From the NCBI GenBank assembly GCA_963674865.2, contig CAXXYE010000004.1:96001-160000 (forward strand): 64,000 nucleotides of DNA. Direction: 5' to 3'. The number at the start of each line of letters is the position of its first letter. Position 1 is the first letter of the stretch. A program made the position numbers and the translations under genes. This document shows, one piece after another, positions 1 to 9,457 of this stretch. This DNA comes from Candidatus Hydrogenedentota bacterium (GTDB taxonomy: Bacteria; Hydrogenedentota; Hydrogenedentia; Hydrogenedentales; SLHB01). The notes beneath the pieces are model-generated. The model made no database searches. It saw nothing but the letters and a program-made list of their open reading frames with translations, and was not told the DNA's origin.

Positions 1-2
1 AG

Positions 3-587
3 TTGGACGAGATCGCCACCGAGATCAACCAGCTTCTCGAAACGGTTGTTTCGGAGGGCAACCATATCACCGATAACCGCTATATCTTCGCCGGCACGCG
101 GACGCTCCAGGCTCCCTTCGAGGCCACTCGCGACGCCGATGGCAATATCACGGCTGTTGCTTACGTCGGCAATGATGAGAGCATCGAGGTGGCTATCGGT
201 GATAACGTTAGCCTTGTCGTCAACGAGACAGGCTACGACGCTTTCCAGTCCACCCAGGATATCTTCCAACTTCTCATCGACATTCGCGACGATTTGAGCA
301 CTGGCGATCAAGGCTCCCTGAGTGAGGTCAGGCTCGCCGAGATCGATACTGCCATCGACCAGTTGCTGATGTCTCTCACCCGCGTAGGTTCCATCGAAGC
401 ACGCATCGAAAGCACCACGGCGTCCGCAGAGGATTCCATCATCCGACTCAAGGAGGTGCTTTCCGACGCCATCGATGCCGACTACGCCGAGACCGTTGTC
501 AATCTGAACGTCCAGAGCAATGCCTACCAGGCTGCTCTCGACGCGGCCAGCCGCGTCATCCAGCCCAGTCTCCTCGACTACACCTGA
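3..587 (+). CDS. flgL: Flagellar hook-associated protein 3, 5'-truncated by window edge
   Basis: RYIFAG motif, YVGNDE-type segment, flagellin-like C-terminus DADYAETVVNL...YQAAL..ASRVIQPSLLDY. Confidence 0.9.
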   Translation: MDEIATEINQLLETVVSEGNHITDNRYIFAGTRTLQAPFEATRDADGNITAVAYVGNDESIEVAIGDNVSLVVNETGYDAFQSTQDIFQLLIDIRDDLSTGDQGSLSEVRLAEIDTAIDQLLMSLTRVGSIEARIESTTASAEDSIIRLKEVLSDAIDADYAETVVNLNVQSNAYQAALDAASRVIQPSLLDYT

Positions 588-772
588 TAGGCCGTTCCCG
601 GCGCGGGCGGGCCACGGCGGCGTCTGAGAGTTCGATTGCGTGCCGTCCTCCCCGAGTAAATGTTATACTCCCTCTGCCGGGGCATTAAGCATGTGGATGT
701 GGCTGCGTGCGTCAGGCCGGCTCGGCCACAAGGCCGTGCGCAGCGGCATCTAGACGGAAAGGAAGGTCGGGC

Positions 773-1288
773 GTGAGAAAGTGGCTCACTATCGCGGCAA
801 TAGGTCTTGTCCTGAATGCGTGTGCTCGGACGCCGGGCGAGGTGGCCGACAAAGTGCTCGTTGATTTCGGCATTCGCGCCAAGCCCGAGGGCTACAAGAG
901 CGAGTCCGACTCGGTATTCGATCAACTCCCGAAAGTCGGTGCCGTGGAGCTGAAACGGCTCAACCAGGAGGGCCGCAAAGGGGAGGTCAAGTTCCAGGAT
1001 GAGGGCGGCCTGTCGGGCAAGTTCTACAAGGAAGTCAGAGTCTACGAGAATTTCTATCCTTTAGAGGCTCGCCCTGCGTCCAGGCAGGACTCCGAAGAGG
1101 CCGCGTACATCGGCTATATCGAGTATGCCTATCGCGTCCACCAGAGCGCCCGCAAGAATTCCCGGGCGGAGGCCTCGGTTGCTGCCGCCGATATTCCCAC
1201 GACGGAATATGGCCGGGAGACTTACCGGTACAAGTTCAGGCGCGGCGGGATCTGGAATGGTGAAGAGGGCCAGAAGGCGCGTAAGTAG
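773..1288 (+). CDS. Hypothetical lipoprotein
   Basis: GTG at 773 after GGAAGG; signal peptide MRKWLTIAAIGLVLNAC ending in a lipobox-like Cys; extended -10-like TGTTATACT at 661-669. Confidence 0.7.
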   Translation: MRKWLTIAAIGLVLNACARTPGEVADKVLVDFGIRAKPEGYKSESDSVFDQLPKVGAVELKRLNQEGRKGEVKFQDEGGLSGKFYKEVRVYENFYPLEARPASRQDSEEAAYIGYIEYAYRVHQSARKNSRAEASVAAADIPTTEYGRETYRYKFRRGGIWNGEEGQKARK

Positions 1289-1296
1289 GCCTTCGC

Positions 1297-3294
1297 ATGT
1301 TTTGGATTGCCGCTGTTATGGCCCTTTCGCAGGCTGCGAATAATCCCGGCGCCCTCTGCCGAATCCGGGTGGATGCCTCGCAGAGGGAGGCCCGCCCCAT
1401 TCCGCGCCGTTTCTTCGGCCAGTTCGCGGAGCACCTCGGCACAAACATCTACAATGGCCAGTGGGCTCAAGTCCTCCGTAATCCCGGTTTCGAGGGATAC
1501 GAGTATTTCGAGGACGAAGTCGAGAAGGCCCAGCGCTGGTACGACTTGCCCGGCATCGCCGACGGGCGCGAGCAAGGCCTGGCTTGTTACTGGCTTCCCG
1601 AGGGAACCGCGACGTACGCCTTGGACGGCGACGCCTTCAACTCGAAATACTGCCAGCGCATTGCCGCCGAGACTTCCGGTGGGATCCGCACGCCGCTCAT
1701 GCTTCCGCTGCACAGGGAGCGCCGGTATGTCTTTGGCGTATACGCCCGCGCGGCTCGCGCCCTCGACTGCGATGTATCCCTCCGTGTTGCGTCGAGTGGC
1801 GGAGAGGTAGCGTCAGCACGCCTCCGCGTGCCCGGCCCCTCCTGGACAGAGTGTTCGGCCGAACTCCACGTGGCGGACGGGCCGCAAGCCGGTGAGCTAT
1901 GCTATCTTGCCGTCACCTTCCAAGGCCCCGGGACGCTCTGGTTGGATCAGGCGGCTTTGCTTCCGGCCGACGCCAAGGACGGCCTGGACCCCGATGTGGT
2001 TCGGCTCACCAAGGCGGCCGGAACGACGCTGCTGCGGTTCCCCGGCGGCAATTTCGCCTCCGGCTATCACTGGCGCGATGGCATCGGGCCGCGCGACAAG
2101 CGCGTCTCGATGCTGAATCCGGCGTGGGGCGGCATCGAAACCAACCAATTCGGCACGCACGAATGGATGGCCTTCTGCGAAGCCGTCGGGGCGGAGCCCT
2201 TCATCTGCGTCAACTGCGGGAATGGCACGCCCGAGGAGGCCGCCGACTGGATTCGCTACTGCAATGAGCCGCCTGACGGCGAACTCGGCCGCCTGCGCGC
2301 CGAAAACGGCCATCCTGAACCGTACGGCGTGCGGTTCTGGGAGGTCGGCAATGAGTTGTGGGGCGATTGGCAGGTGGGACATTGCACTCCGGAGGAATAT
2401 GCCGGGCGTTACGATGCCTTCGCCCAGGCCATGCTCGCCGCCGATCCGTCCATTCAACTCATCGCTAACGGCGGCGACGGCGACTGGAATCCCCGCCTCC
2501 TCGGTGCCGTGACGCAGCCCGTCCGGAGTCTCTCGATCCACCGCCTCATAGGCTGGGATGTGCCCGCCGATGCGGATCCGCAAGATGTCTTTCTTGCCCT
2601 CGCCGGCTACGGCACGCTGTTTGACGAGCAACTGGCCTCAATGCAGCAGCTCATGCGTGATCACGGCATCGCCGAGCCGAAACTCGCCCTCACCGAACTG
2701 ATGAGCACGGCCCACGTCGGGCCCGATCGGAGTTGGTATAACTTCCTCGAGGTGCCGTATTTCGCCGGGATGATGAACGCCTGCATCCGGCATCGCGACG
2801 CGGTTGAACTCATCACCCGCACCGCCGTCGTCAACCACGGCGGGGGCCTCGCCAAAGTGCGCGAAGTCACGTTCCCCGAGCCCGTCCATTTCCTGAGCCG
2901 CATCTACGGGAGCATGAGCGGCCGCTGGCCTGTCGCTTGCAGCGTTACCTGCCCCCAATACGATGTCGATGTCAAAGGACTGCCCGCGCTTAGTTCTATG
3001 CCTGCCCTTGAGTGCATGGCGCTTCTGAACGACGACGGCGACGAACTCACCCTCATCGTCACGAACCGCGATCCGCGCAACGCCTATGCCGCAGCCATCG
3101 ACCTGAGCGGATTCACTCCCACGAAGGGGGCCAAGGTTCGGACGCTGGCCGCGCCGCCCACGGCCATCAACACCTGGGACAATCCCGATCAAGTCGCGCT
3201 CGCGGAAGGCACGGCGGACGCCGCACCCACCTTCGACCACACCTTCCCACCCGGGGCGTTCACGGAGATCGTCCTGGCCAGAAAGCCTTCTTAA
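1297..3294 (+). CDS. Alpha-L-arabinofuranosidase, GH51 family, with N-terminal carbohydrate-binding-like domain
   Basis: GQFAEHLG, LRFPGGNFASGYHWRDGIGP, NQFGTHE, FWEVGNELWGDWQ motifs. Confidence 0.9.
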   Translation: MFWIAAVMALSQAANNPGALCRIRVDASQREARPIPRRFFGQFAEHLGTNIYNGQWAQVLRNPGFEGYEYFEDEVEKAQRWYDLPGIADGREQGLACYWLPEGTATYALDGDAFNSKYCQRIAAETSGGIRTPLMLPLHRERRYVFGVYARAARALDCDVSLRVASSGGEVASARLRVPGPSWTECSAELHVADGPQAGELCYLAVTFQGPGTLWLDQAALLPADAKDGLDPDVVRLTKAAGTTLLRFPGGNFASGYHWRDGIGPRDKRVSMLNPAWGGIETNQFGTHEWMAFCEAVGAEPFICVNCGNGTPEEAADWIRYCNEPPDGELGRLRAENGHPEPYGVRFWEVGNELWGDWQVGHCTPEEYAGRYDAFAQAMLAADPSIQLIANGGDGDWNPRLLGAVTQPVRSLSIHRLIGWDVPADADPQDVFLALAGYGTLFDEQLASMQQLMRDHGIAEPKLALTELMSTAHVGPDRSWYNFLEVPYFAGMMNACIRHRDAVELITRTAVVNHGGGLAKVREVTFPEPVHFLSRIYGSMSGRWPVACSVTCPQYDVDVKGLPALSSMPALECMALLNDDGDELTLIVTNRDPRNAYAAAIDLSGFTPTKGAKVRTLAAPPTAINTWDNPDQVALAEGTADAAPTFDHTFPPGAFTEIVLARKPS

Positions 3295-3332
3295 GGCCGC
3301 TGAAGGCTCCCGGCCTCTCGCCAACGCGCTCC

Positions 3333-3361
3333 TTTACATTGTCTGGCCTTCGTTATATTCT
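3333..3361 (+). promoter_or_regulatory. Candidate sigma70-type promoter
   Basis: TTTACA-17 bp-TATTCT upstream of the ATG at 3390. Confidence 0.45.
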
Positions 3362-3389
3362 TATGAATAATACGGGGGAGCTCATACAC

Positions 3390-5315
3390 ATGTCTGAAAC
3401 GACACAGACAGGACGCGAGCCGCAGGTATTCCGCGTCGCCCTGCTCCCTCGGCTGCTCTTCGCGGCCGTTTACGGCGCGCTCTTCATGATCGTGGTAGGC
3501 TGCGTCAGTATCGCACATATGGGGAGTGTTCTTGATATTTACACCTTCGAACTCTTTGCCGATCTTGTCATCGGCTCTGTGGTTGCCTTCATTCTCGCGG
3601 CTGCAGCCGGGCATATCATGGATTCCTTCCGGACAATCCGCATCACTTCGGATGGTATTGAGCGCTGCAATGCTTGGCGCAGGTTGTGTTCTTGTGGCTG
3701 GGAGCAGGTTCAGGATGCTCGTATTCTCCATCGAGGCGGACTAAACTTCCTTAGACTGGCTTCAGGGAAGGGAACACCGACTCTCAGGCTGCCGCTGTTT
3801 GTGAAGCGCCCGCGCGAATTCCATGACGCGCTGATGGCGCTGGCGCCAGAGAACAGCCCTGTGCGAGCGCTCCTTCGAGAGCGGCCATCTCCGGGATTCC
3901 TTGCACGGATTTCCAAAGCGTGTTTCATTATCGCGTCGCTTGCGGTGTTCCTTGCCTTGACGGTTCTCCTCTCTGCGAACTGGATCGCGAGTTACCGACT
4001 CAAAGCGGAGTTGGCCAGGCTGAAAGCCGGCGGCGCGGTGCTAACCGCCTCGGATATTCCCCTCGTCTGGCAAAGAAGGGCCCCGACCTTCGATCCGCCA
4101 ACGCCACCTGACGGCTCCTATGAGAACAGCGCCGCGCATTTCCTCATCACCAAGCTTGCAGGAACAGACGGCCCTTGGCCTTTCCCCGACGCCTGGGATC
4201 TACCGAAACATGTGCCGTGGAAAGGGGCGGAGTGGACTCAGTTGCTGGCCTCTTGTTCCCCGGAAGAGGATGCGAAGATCAGGGACTTGGCGGCGGAGTA
4301 CGCCGACAAGACAAGCACACTTATCGAGGTAAGCCAGCTCCCTCCTTCCAGTATGGCGGACGTCGTGACGGCCTGGGCCGTTTATGGCAGGCCCCTTACC
4401 GTGCCGCCGTTTCCGAATCTGTTCACGCTGCGTAGCGCGCTCAACCTGATACTCCTAAGGGCATTCCTTGCCTATAAGGACGGCCAGCCTGAGGAGGCCG
4501 TCAAGATCTGCCGTTGCGCTCTGGCCTTTGCAAACCATGTTCAGGACCTTCCCTCGGTGGCCGTGGCATGTAGAGGGATCTCGCTTGCAGAAATGGCCTT
4601 GAGGCCTATCGCCTTCCTGAATATGCATGCTGATCTTTCGGGGGAAACGCTCAGGCCGCTGCTCAAGGAGTTGGTCATCTCAGAGCGCAGGGACGCATTT
4701 GCCCACAGTATGGAATATCAAAGGTACGTTATCGCCGACTACTTCAGACGTCCATGTTGGCCTGAGTATATACGTATGTGTATCTACGAGCCTTTCAGCC
4801 GGACCTTGTTCAACGATTTGTACTGGAGTCGGCCCTTTAGTTTCTGGCGCTGCTCGGACGAATTGGCGGTACTGCACGCGTGGAATGGCATTGTCGAATT
4901 GGCGGATCTTCCGTTTTATCAGGCCCGGGAGCGCCTCCAGGTAGTTTCCGAGGCTGACGCTTATCTGAGGTTGCACCCGCTAAGATATCCCGCCTCAGTT
5001 ATGATCATCGACGGAGTTGCATTTGCAAAGACTCAGGCTGTACACGAGGCAACAATGCGGTTGGCCCGCGTCACACTTACCTTGAGACAATACGAACTAT
5101 GCCATCGAGAATGCCCGGATGCGCTTGACGAACTAGTCCCGGAGTATATGGACTCCGTACCTCTCGACCCGTTTTCAGGGGAGCCGTTGCTCTACCGCCC
5201 GCAAGAGGACGGCTTCCTGTTGTACAGTATCGGCAGGAATCTAAAAGATGACGGCGGCAGGCCCGACGAATTCGACGGCGACTGGATCTGGCCCATGAAA
5301 CACCGGCCCCGGTAG
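3390..5315 (+). CDS. Hypothetical membrane protein with GspG/pseudopilin-like C-terminal motif
   Basis: ATG 3390 after GGGGAG; three hydrophobic segments; tail LDELVPEYMDSVPLDPFSGEPLLY...LLYSIGRNLKDDGG. Confidence 0.7.
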   Translation: MSETTQTGREPQVFRVALLPRLLFAAVYGALFMIVVGCVSIAHMGSVLDIYTFELFADLVIGSVVAFILAAAAGHIMDSFRTIRITSDGIERCNAWRRLCSCGWEQVQDARILHRGGLNFLRLASGKGTPTLRLPLFVKRPREFHDALMALAPENSPVRALLRERPSPGFLARISKACFIIASLAVFLALTVLLSANWIASYRLKAELARLKAGGAVLTASDIPLVWQRRAPTFDPPTPPDGSYENSAAHFLITKLAGTDGPWPFPDAWDLPKHVPWKGAEWTQLLASCSPEEDAKIRDLAAEYADKTSTLIEVSQLPPSSMADVVTAWAVYGRPLTVPPFPNLFTLRSALNLILLRAFLAYKDGQPEEAVKICRCALAFANHVQDLPSVAVACRGISLAEMALRPIAFLNMHADLSGETLRPLLKELVISERRDAFAHSMEYQRYVIADYFRRPCWPEYIRMCIYEPFSRTLFNDLYWSRPFSFWRCSDELAVLHAWNGIVELADLPFYQARERLQVVSEADAYLRLHPLRYPASVMIIDGVAFAKTQAVHEATMRLARVTLTLRQYELCHRECPDALDELVPEYMDSVPLDPFSGEPLLYRPQEDGFLLYSIGRNLKDDGGRPDEFDGDWIWPMKHRPR

Positions 5316-5468
5316 TCCTTTTCACATAGACGCTACCTTCCGTTCTCCGAACAGTGAGGTATCGTCCCATATTCTCCCGTACGGTTCCGGCCTTTTGACG
5401 GCCTGCGCACCATCAGGTATCCTCACTCCTCTTGTTGCCTCCTCTGGGATTCCGAACGAGGGATTGTC

Positions 5469-7847
5469 ATGGCATCTGCTAAGCCTTCCGGCTGTGACCA
5501 CGCGAACGCGTTCATTGGGCCTCTCGATTTCCTGGGCCGGCACGACCTGATTTGGGAAGTGCCGCCGGCACGTTGGCTCGAGGGCATTCCCCTGGCGAAT
5601 GGCGATATCGGCGCTCTTATGTGGGGCGATGGCTCCCCGCTCAGGTTCACGCTCGACAAGTACGACGCGTGGGAGTGCCGTGAGAAGTCCTTCGGGGATG
5701 AGACGTACCAAGACTTGCGAAGGATGATCGAGGAGGGCCGAAACAAGGAGGCCGAGGAGCTTCTCTACGTCTACCGGATCTATGCCGAAGGGCCGCACCC
5801 GACGCGGCTGCCCATGCCGCGTTTCGAGATCGACTTTGTCCGGCCCTTCATCTGGGAAAGCGGCCGGCTGCGGCTGGCAGACGCCACCGTTGACATCACA
5901 GGAAGCATGGACGGTGATCCCGTGCGCCTTCAGGCGTTGGTACATGCGAATGCCAACGCCCTGCTCATCCATTTGGACGGGGCGGCGGCGAAAGAGGCCC
6001 GCCTGCGGGTGGGCTGGGATCACCTGAGCGACGACGCGAAGGAAAAACTGCGCGACTGGGATTATCCCGAGCCTGTTGTTACCGCGGAGGCAGACTCCGG
6101 CACGTGGTATCTTGAGACGCCCGCGGGCTATGAGGTCGCCGTGGCATGGGCGCGCACCTTCCTCGACGACGGCCGGGGCTGCCTGATTCGCCTGGCGCTT
6201 CAGTCGACGGCCGACGCCCCGGAGCCGCTCGAGGCGGCCAAGCGCCTGTCCCGCGTGAGGACTAACTTCGATGGCGCATGCGGCGAGCATCGCGCGTGGT
6301 GGCATGCCTACTGGAAGCGCTCGCATCTGACGATTCCCGACACGCGACTCGAGGCCCTCTACTACGCGGAGATGTACAAGCTGGGCTGCTCGTCGCGCCC
6401 GGGGAAGATGCCTATCACATTGCAGGGACTCTGGACGCTTGACGGCGACTTGCCCCCGTGGTCGGGCGAGTACGGCCTCGACATGAACGTGCAGCAAGCC
6501 TATTGGCCCATCTACACCGGCAATCGGCTCGAACTCGGAGAACCTCTTTACCGCGTGTTCTCGGCTTGCATTCCGCGCTGGCGCGAGCAATGCCGCCAAT
6601 TCTTCGGATTCGACGGCCTCTGGAGCGGATGCTGCATGGGCCCCGGCGGCGAGCGCCTCTTCGGCTACTCCGGCATCGAGCTCTGGCCGGGCAACGCCGC
6701 CTGGCTTGCTCACCATTACTGGCTCCATTACCTCTACTCGCAGGATGAGGACTTCCTTGTCGATCAGGCGCTGCCCTTCATAGAACTCGCCTTTCTCGCA
6801 TACGCCAACCTGCTCGAATCGGACGAAGACGGCGTGCTGCACGTGCCACTGAGCACCTCGCCGGAGTGGGGGGAGGGGAGTGTCGATGCCTTCTGCAGAG
6901 ATCCGAATTGCGACCTCGCCCTGATCCGCTTCCTGGCCCGCGCGATTGTGCAGGCATACCAGACACTGGGCAGGCAAGGCCCCATCGGCGAGCGTGCCAA
7001 CGAGGTGCTGGACAAGCTCACGGACTACATGCGCGACGATAACCGCCTCCTCGTGAGCGCCGGTACGCCGCTTTCTCACTCCCACCGCCACCATTCCCAT
7101 CTGATGGCCATTCACCCCTTGGGAACGCTCACCCTCGACGGCAGCGAGGGTGAGCGCGACCTAATCCGGCGCTCCCTCCACGACATCCGCAAGAAGGGCA
7201 CCGGCGAATGGACGGGGTGGTCCTATCCCTGGATGTCCCTCATCGCCTCCCGCGCGGGACTAGGCAATATGGCCTGGCAGATGCTCGACGTCTACGCCAA
7301 CGGCTACATCACGCCGAACACTTTCCACATCAACGGCGACCCGCGCATCTTCGGGCTGTCGCTCTTCGAGTACGAGCCCATGACGCTCGAAGCAGGCTTC
7401 GGCGCGGCGGCCGCGATCATGGAGATGCTCATCCAGTCCTACAACGGGTGCATCCGCCTGTTTCCGTCCATTCCCGACAGGTGGCACTATGCCCACTTCG
7501 CTGGCTTGCGCGCCGAAGGCGCCTTTGTTGTCTCTGCAAGACTGGCCGCCGACGAGGTGCTTTTTGTCCGTGTCCGTTCCGAGGCGGGGAAGATCTGTCG
7601 CTTGAAGAACCCCTTTCAGGGCGGCCCCGCTGAGTTGGTGCGAGTGGCGCCTGGCTTTGAGCAAGCTGTTGAGAAGCCTCCGCGACTCGCCGGCGAAGTT
7701 CTCGAATTTGAGACGGAGACGGGCGCCGAGTATCTTGTGTACGCGGAGGGGCGGAGGCCGGCGGCGAACGAGATGGAGCCGCAGCCCTTCCCCGCGGAGG
7801 AGCGCTTCGTCAACTTCTACGGCAAGAAGCGCTTTAGTCGCTTCTGA
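5469..7847 (+). CDS. GH95-like glycoside hydrolase (alpha-L-fucosidase/galactosidase family)
   Basis: EGIPLANGDIGA, ITLQGLW, DMNVQQAYW, STSPE, HRHHSHLMAIHP, IMEMLIQS, GLRAEGAFVVSA. Confidence 0.85.
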   Translation: MASAKPSGCDHANAFIGPLDFLGRHDLIWEVPPARWLEGIPLANGDIGALMWGDGSPLRFTLDKYDAWECREKSFGDETYQDLRRMIEEGRNKEAEELLYVYRIYAEGPHPTRLPMPRFEIDFVRPFIWESGRLRLADATVDITGSMDGDPVRLQALVHANANALLIHLDGAAAKEARLRVGWDHLSDDAKEKLRDWDYPEPVVTAEADSGTWYLETPAGYEVAVAWARTFLDDGRGCLIRLALQSTADAPEPLEAAKRLSRVRTNFDGACGEHRAWWHAYWKRSHLTIPDTRLEALYYAEMYKLGCSSRPGKMPITLQGLWTLDGDLPPWSGEYGLDMNVQQAYWPIYTGNRLELGEPLYRVFSACIPRWREQCRQFFGFDGLWSGCCMGPGGERLFGYSGIELWPGNAAWLAHHYWLHYLYSQDEDFLVDQALPFIELAFLAYANLLESDEDGVLHVPLSTSPEWGEGSVDAFCRDPNCDLALIRFLARAIVQAYQTLGRQGPIGERANEVLDKLTDYMRDDNRLLVSAGTPLSHSHRHHSHLMAIHPLGTLTLDGSEGERDLIRRSLHDIRKKGTGEWTGWSYPWMSLIASRAGLGNMAWQMLDVYANGYITPNTFHINGDPRIFGLSLFEYEPMTLEAGFGAAAAIMEMLIQSYNGCIRLFPSIPDRWHYAHFAGLRAEGAFVVSARLAADEVLFVRVRSEAGKICRLKNPFQGGPAELVRVAPGFEQAVEKPPRLAGEVLEFETETGAEYLVYAEGRRPAANEMEPQPFPAEERFVNFYGKKRFSRF

Positions 7848-8003
7848 GGTGCGGCGACGGCGGCTTTGCGCTGGTGCGCCCGCCCTCGTTTGTGCTGAAC
7901 CAAGAGAAAGTCGGGAAAGAGTGAAGGATGGGAGTTGCGCAGGTCTAGGCCGCGCCCGTTACCGCTTTTCGCAGTCTCAAGCCTATTTCCAAGGAGATCG
8001 ATC

Positions 8004-9452
8004 ATGCTTCTGAGGACAAGTCTGGTTTCGGCGTTGTTCATCATGATGGCGTTTGCTGGCTGTGCCCGCTTCGGCGGCCCGGGGCCGGTGCGCGGGGAAT
8101 CCCTCCTAGAGCCGGACGGCATGATCCGTATTGACGGGCAGCGCTCCTTCATCATCGGGCTCTACGAGAATCCGAAGGATGATGCCAAATTGAAGGAGGC
8201 GGTCCAGGCGGGATTCAACCTTGTGCGATGCGCCCAAGACAAGGACGCGCTCGACCGCGTCGCCGCGGCGGGGGCGCGGGCCTGGGCCAATACGGGGAGC
8301 AGGATTGATCTAAGCCAAGATCAAGAGGGGCGGATTGAAGCGCTGAGCGAAATGGCGGCGAAAACGGGGCACCACCCGGCCCTGCTGGTTTGGGAGGTGC
8401 CGGATGAGGCCCTATGGAACTGCTGGTACAGGCCCTACAGCTATCGCCTAGGCAAGGAGCGGGAGAAACTGGAGGCGCGTATCGAGGCGCTGGAGGATTC
8501 GTCACTGGCCGCGGACCTCACCGAGGAATTGGAGCGCGCCCAAGCGCTTTTCAAGGACGGCTACTACGGCGAAGCAGAGCGTTTGGCGGATGACTTGTGT
8601 CTAAAGCTCGGCGAACAGCCTAACGACGACATGAAACTGACGACGGCGCCGGAGCGCGCCGCCGCGATGGCCGAAGGTATGCTTCACGGCTATCAACTGC
8701 TCACAGAGATCGACCCCGTCCATCCCATCTGGATGAATCATGCCCCGCGCAATCCCATTCCCCAATTGGCCGCCTTCAACCGCGCCGCCGACATTGTGGG
8801 ATGCGACATCTACCCGGTTCCTTCGCGCGAAACGGGCCATCCCGACATCGCCAATCGCTCGCTGGCTTCCGTCGGCGCCTACACGCGCATTATGGCCGCC
8901 GCGGCTCCCGGAAAACCCGTCTGGATGGTGCTCCAGGGCTGCGGGTGGGCTGACATCGGCGCGGGGAAAGAGGTGAACGGCGAAGAGACGCGGCTCCGGC
9001 CCGACTTCGAGGAGTCCCGCTTCATGGCCTACGACGCCATCGTCAACGGCGCTCGGGGCATCTTGTATTGGGGCACGTCCTATGTCGAAAAGGACTCCGA
9101 ATTCTGGTACGACCTCATGAAGGTGGCAAAAGAGCTGGACGAACTCCAGCCCATCCTTAGCGCACCCGACGCCAAACTCGACCTTGACGTCTCCTACGCC
9201 GAAACCATGAGCTCCCTCGACCTCGGCGTAAAGATCCTGGCCAAGGAGACAGATGATAAGCCTTGGCTGCTGGTTGCCAACGAACAGGCGTGGCCGCTCA
9301 CGTTCACCATTCACGGCCTGAAGTCGCTTGAGGGCACCGTCTACACCGACGCCGCTACAGGCCGCGGCGGGGCGGTGACGAAGGGCACATTGACGCTCAC
9401 GATCCCCGGCCAGCGCGTCCATGTGCTTGCGCCTTCCGAGACGGGGGAATAG
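8004..9452 (+). CDS. Putative lipoprotein with glycoside-hydrolase-like TIM barrel
   Basis: ATG after AAGGAG; lipobox-like FAGC; GFNLV, WEVPDE, DIVGCDIYPV, KPVWMVLQ, NGARGILYW. Confidence 0.65.
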   Translation: MLLRTSLVSALFIMMAFAGCARFGGPGPVRGESLLEPDGMIRIDGQRSFIIGLYENPKDDAKLKEAVQAGFNLVRCAQDKDALDRVAAAGARAWANTGSRIDLSQDQEGRIEALSEMAAKTGHHPALLVWEVPDEALWNCWYRPYSYRLGKEREKLEARIEALEDSSLAADLTEELERAQALFKDGYYGEAERLADDLCLKLGEQPNDDMKLTTAPERAAAMAEGMLHGYQLLTEIDPVHPIWMNHAPRNPIPQLAAFNRAADIVGCDIYPVPSRETGHPDIANRSLASVGAYTRIMAAAAPGKPVWMVLQGCGWADIGAGKEVNGEETRLRPDFEESRFMAYDAIVNGARGILYWGTSYVEKDSEFWYDLMKVAKELDELQPILSAPDAKLDLDVSYAETMSSLDLGVKILAKETDDKPWLLVANEQAWPLTFTIHGLKSLEGTVYTDAATGRGGAVTKGTLTLTIPGQRVHVLAPSETGE

Positions 9453-9457
9453 CGGGA

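Noticed and set aside
3012..3389. N-terminal extension of the 767-aa ORF
   Set aside because: Overlaps the GH51 3' end; RBS and promoter support a start at 3390
5322..7115. 597-aa minus-strand ORF
   Set aside because: Antisense shadow of the GH95 gene with no recognisable motifs, typical of GC-rich DNA
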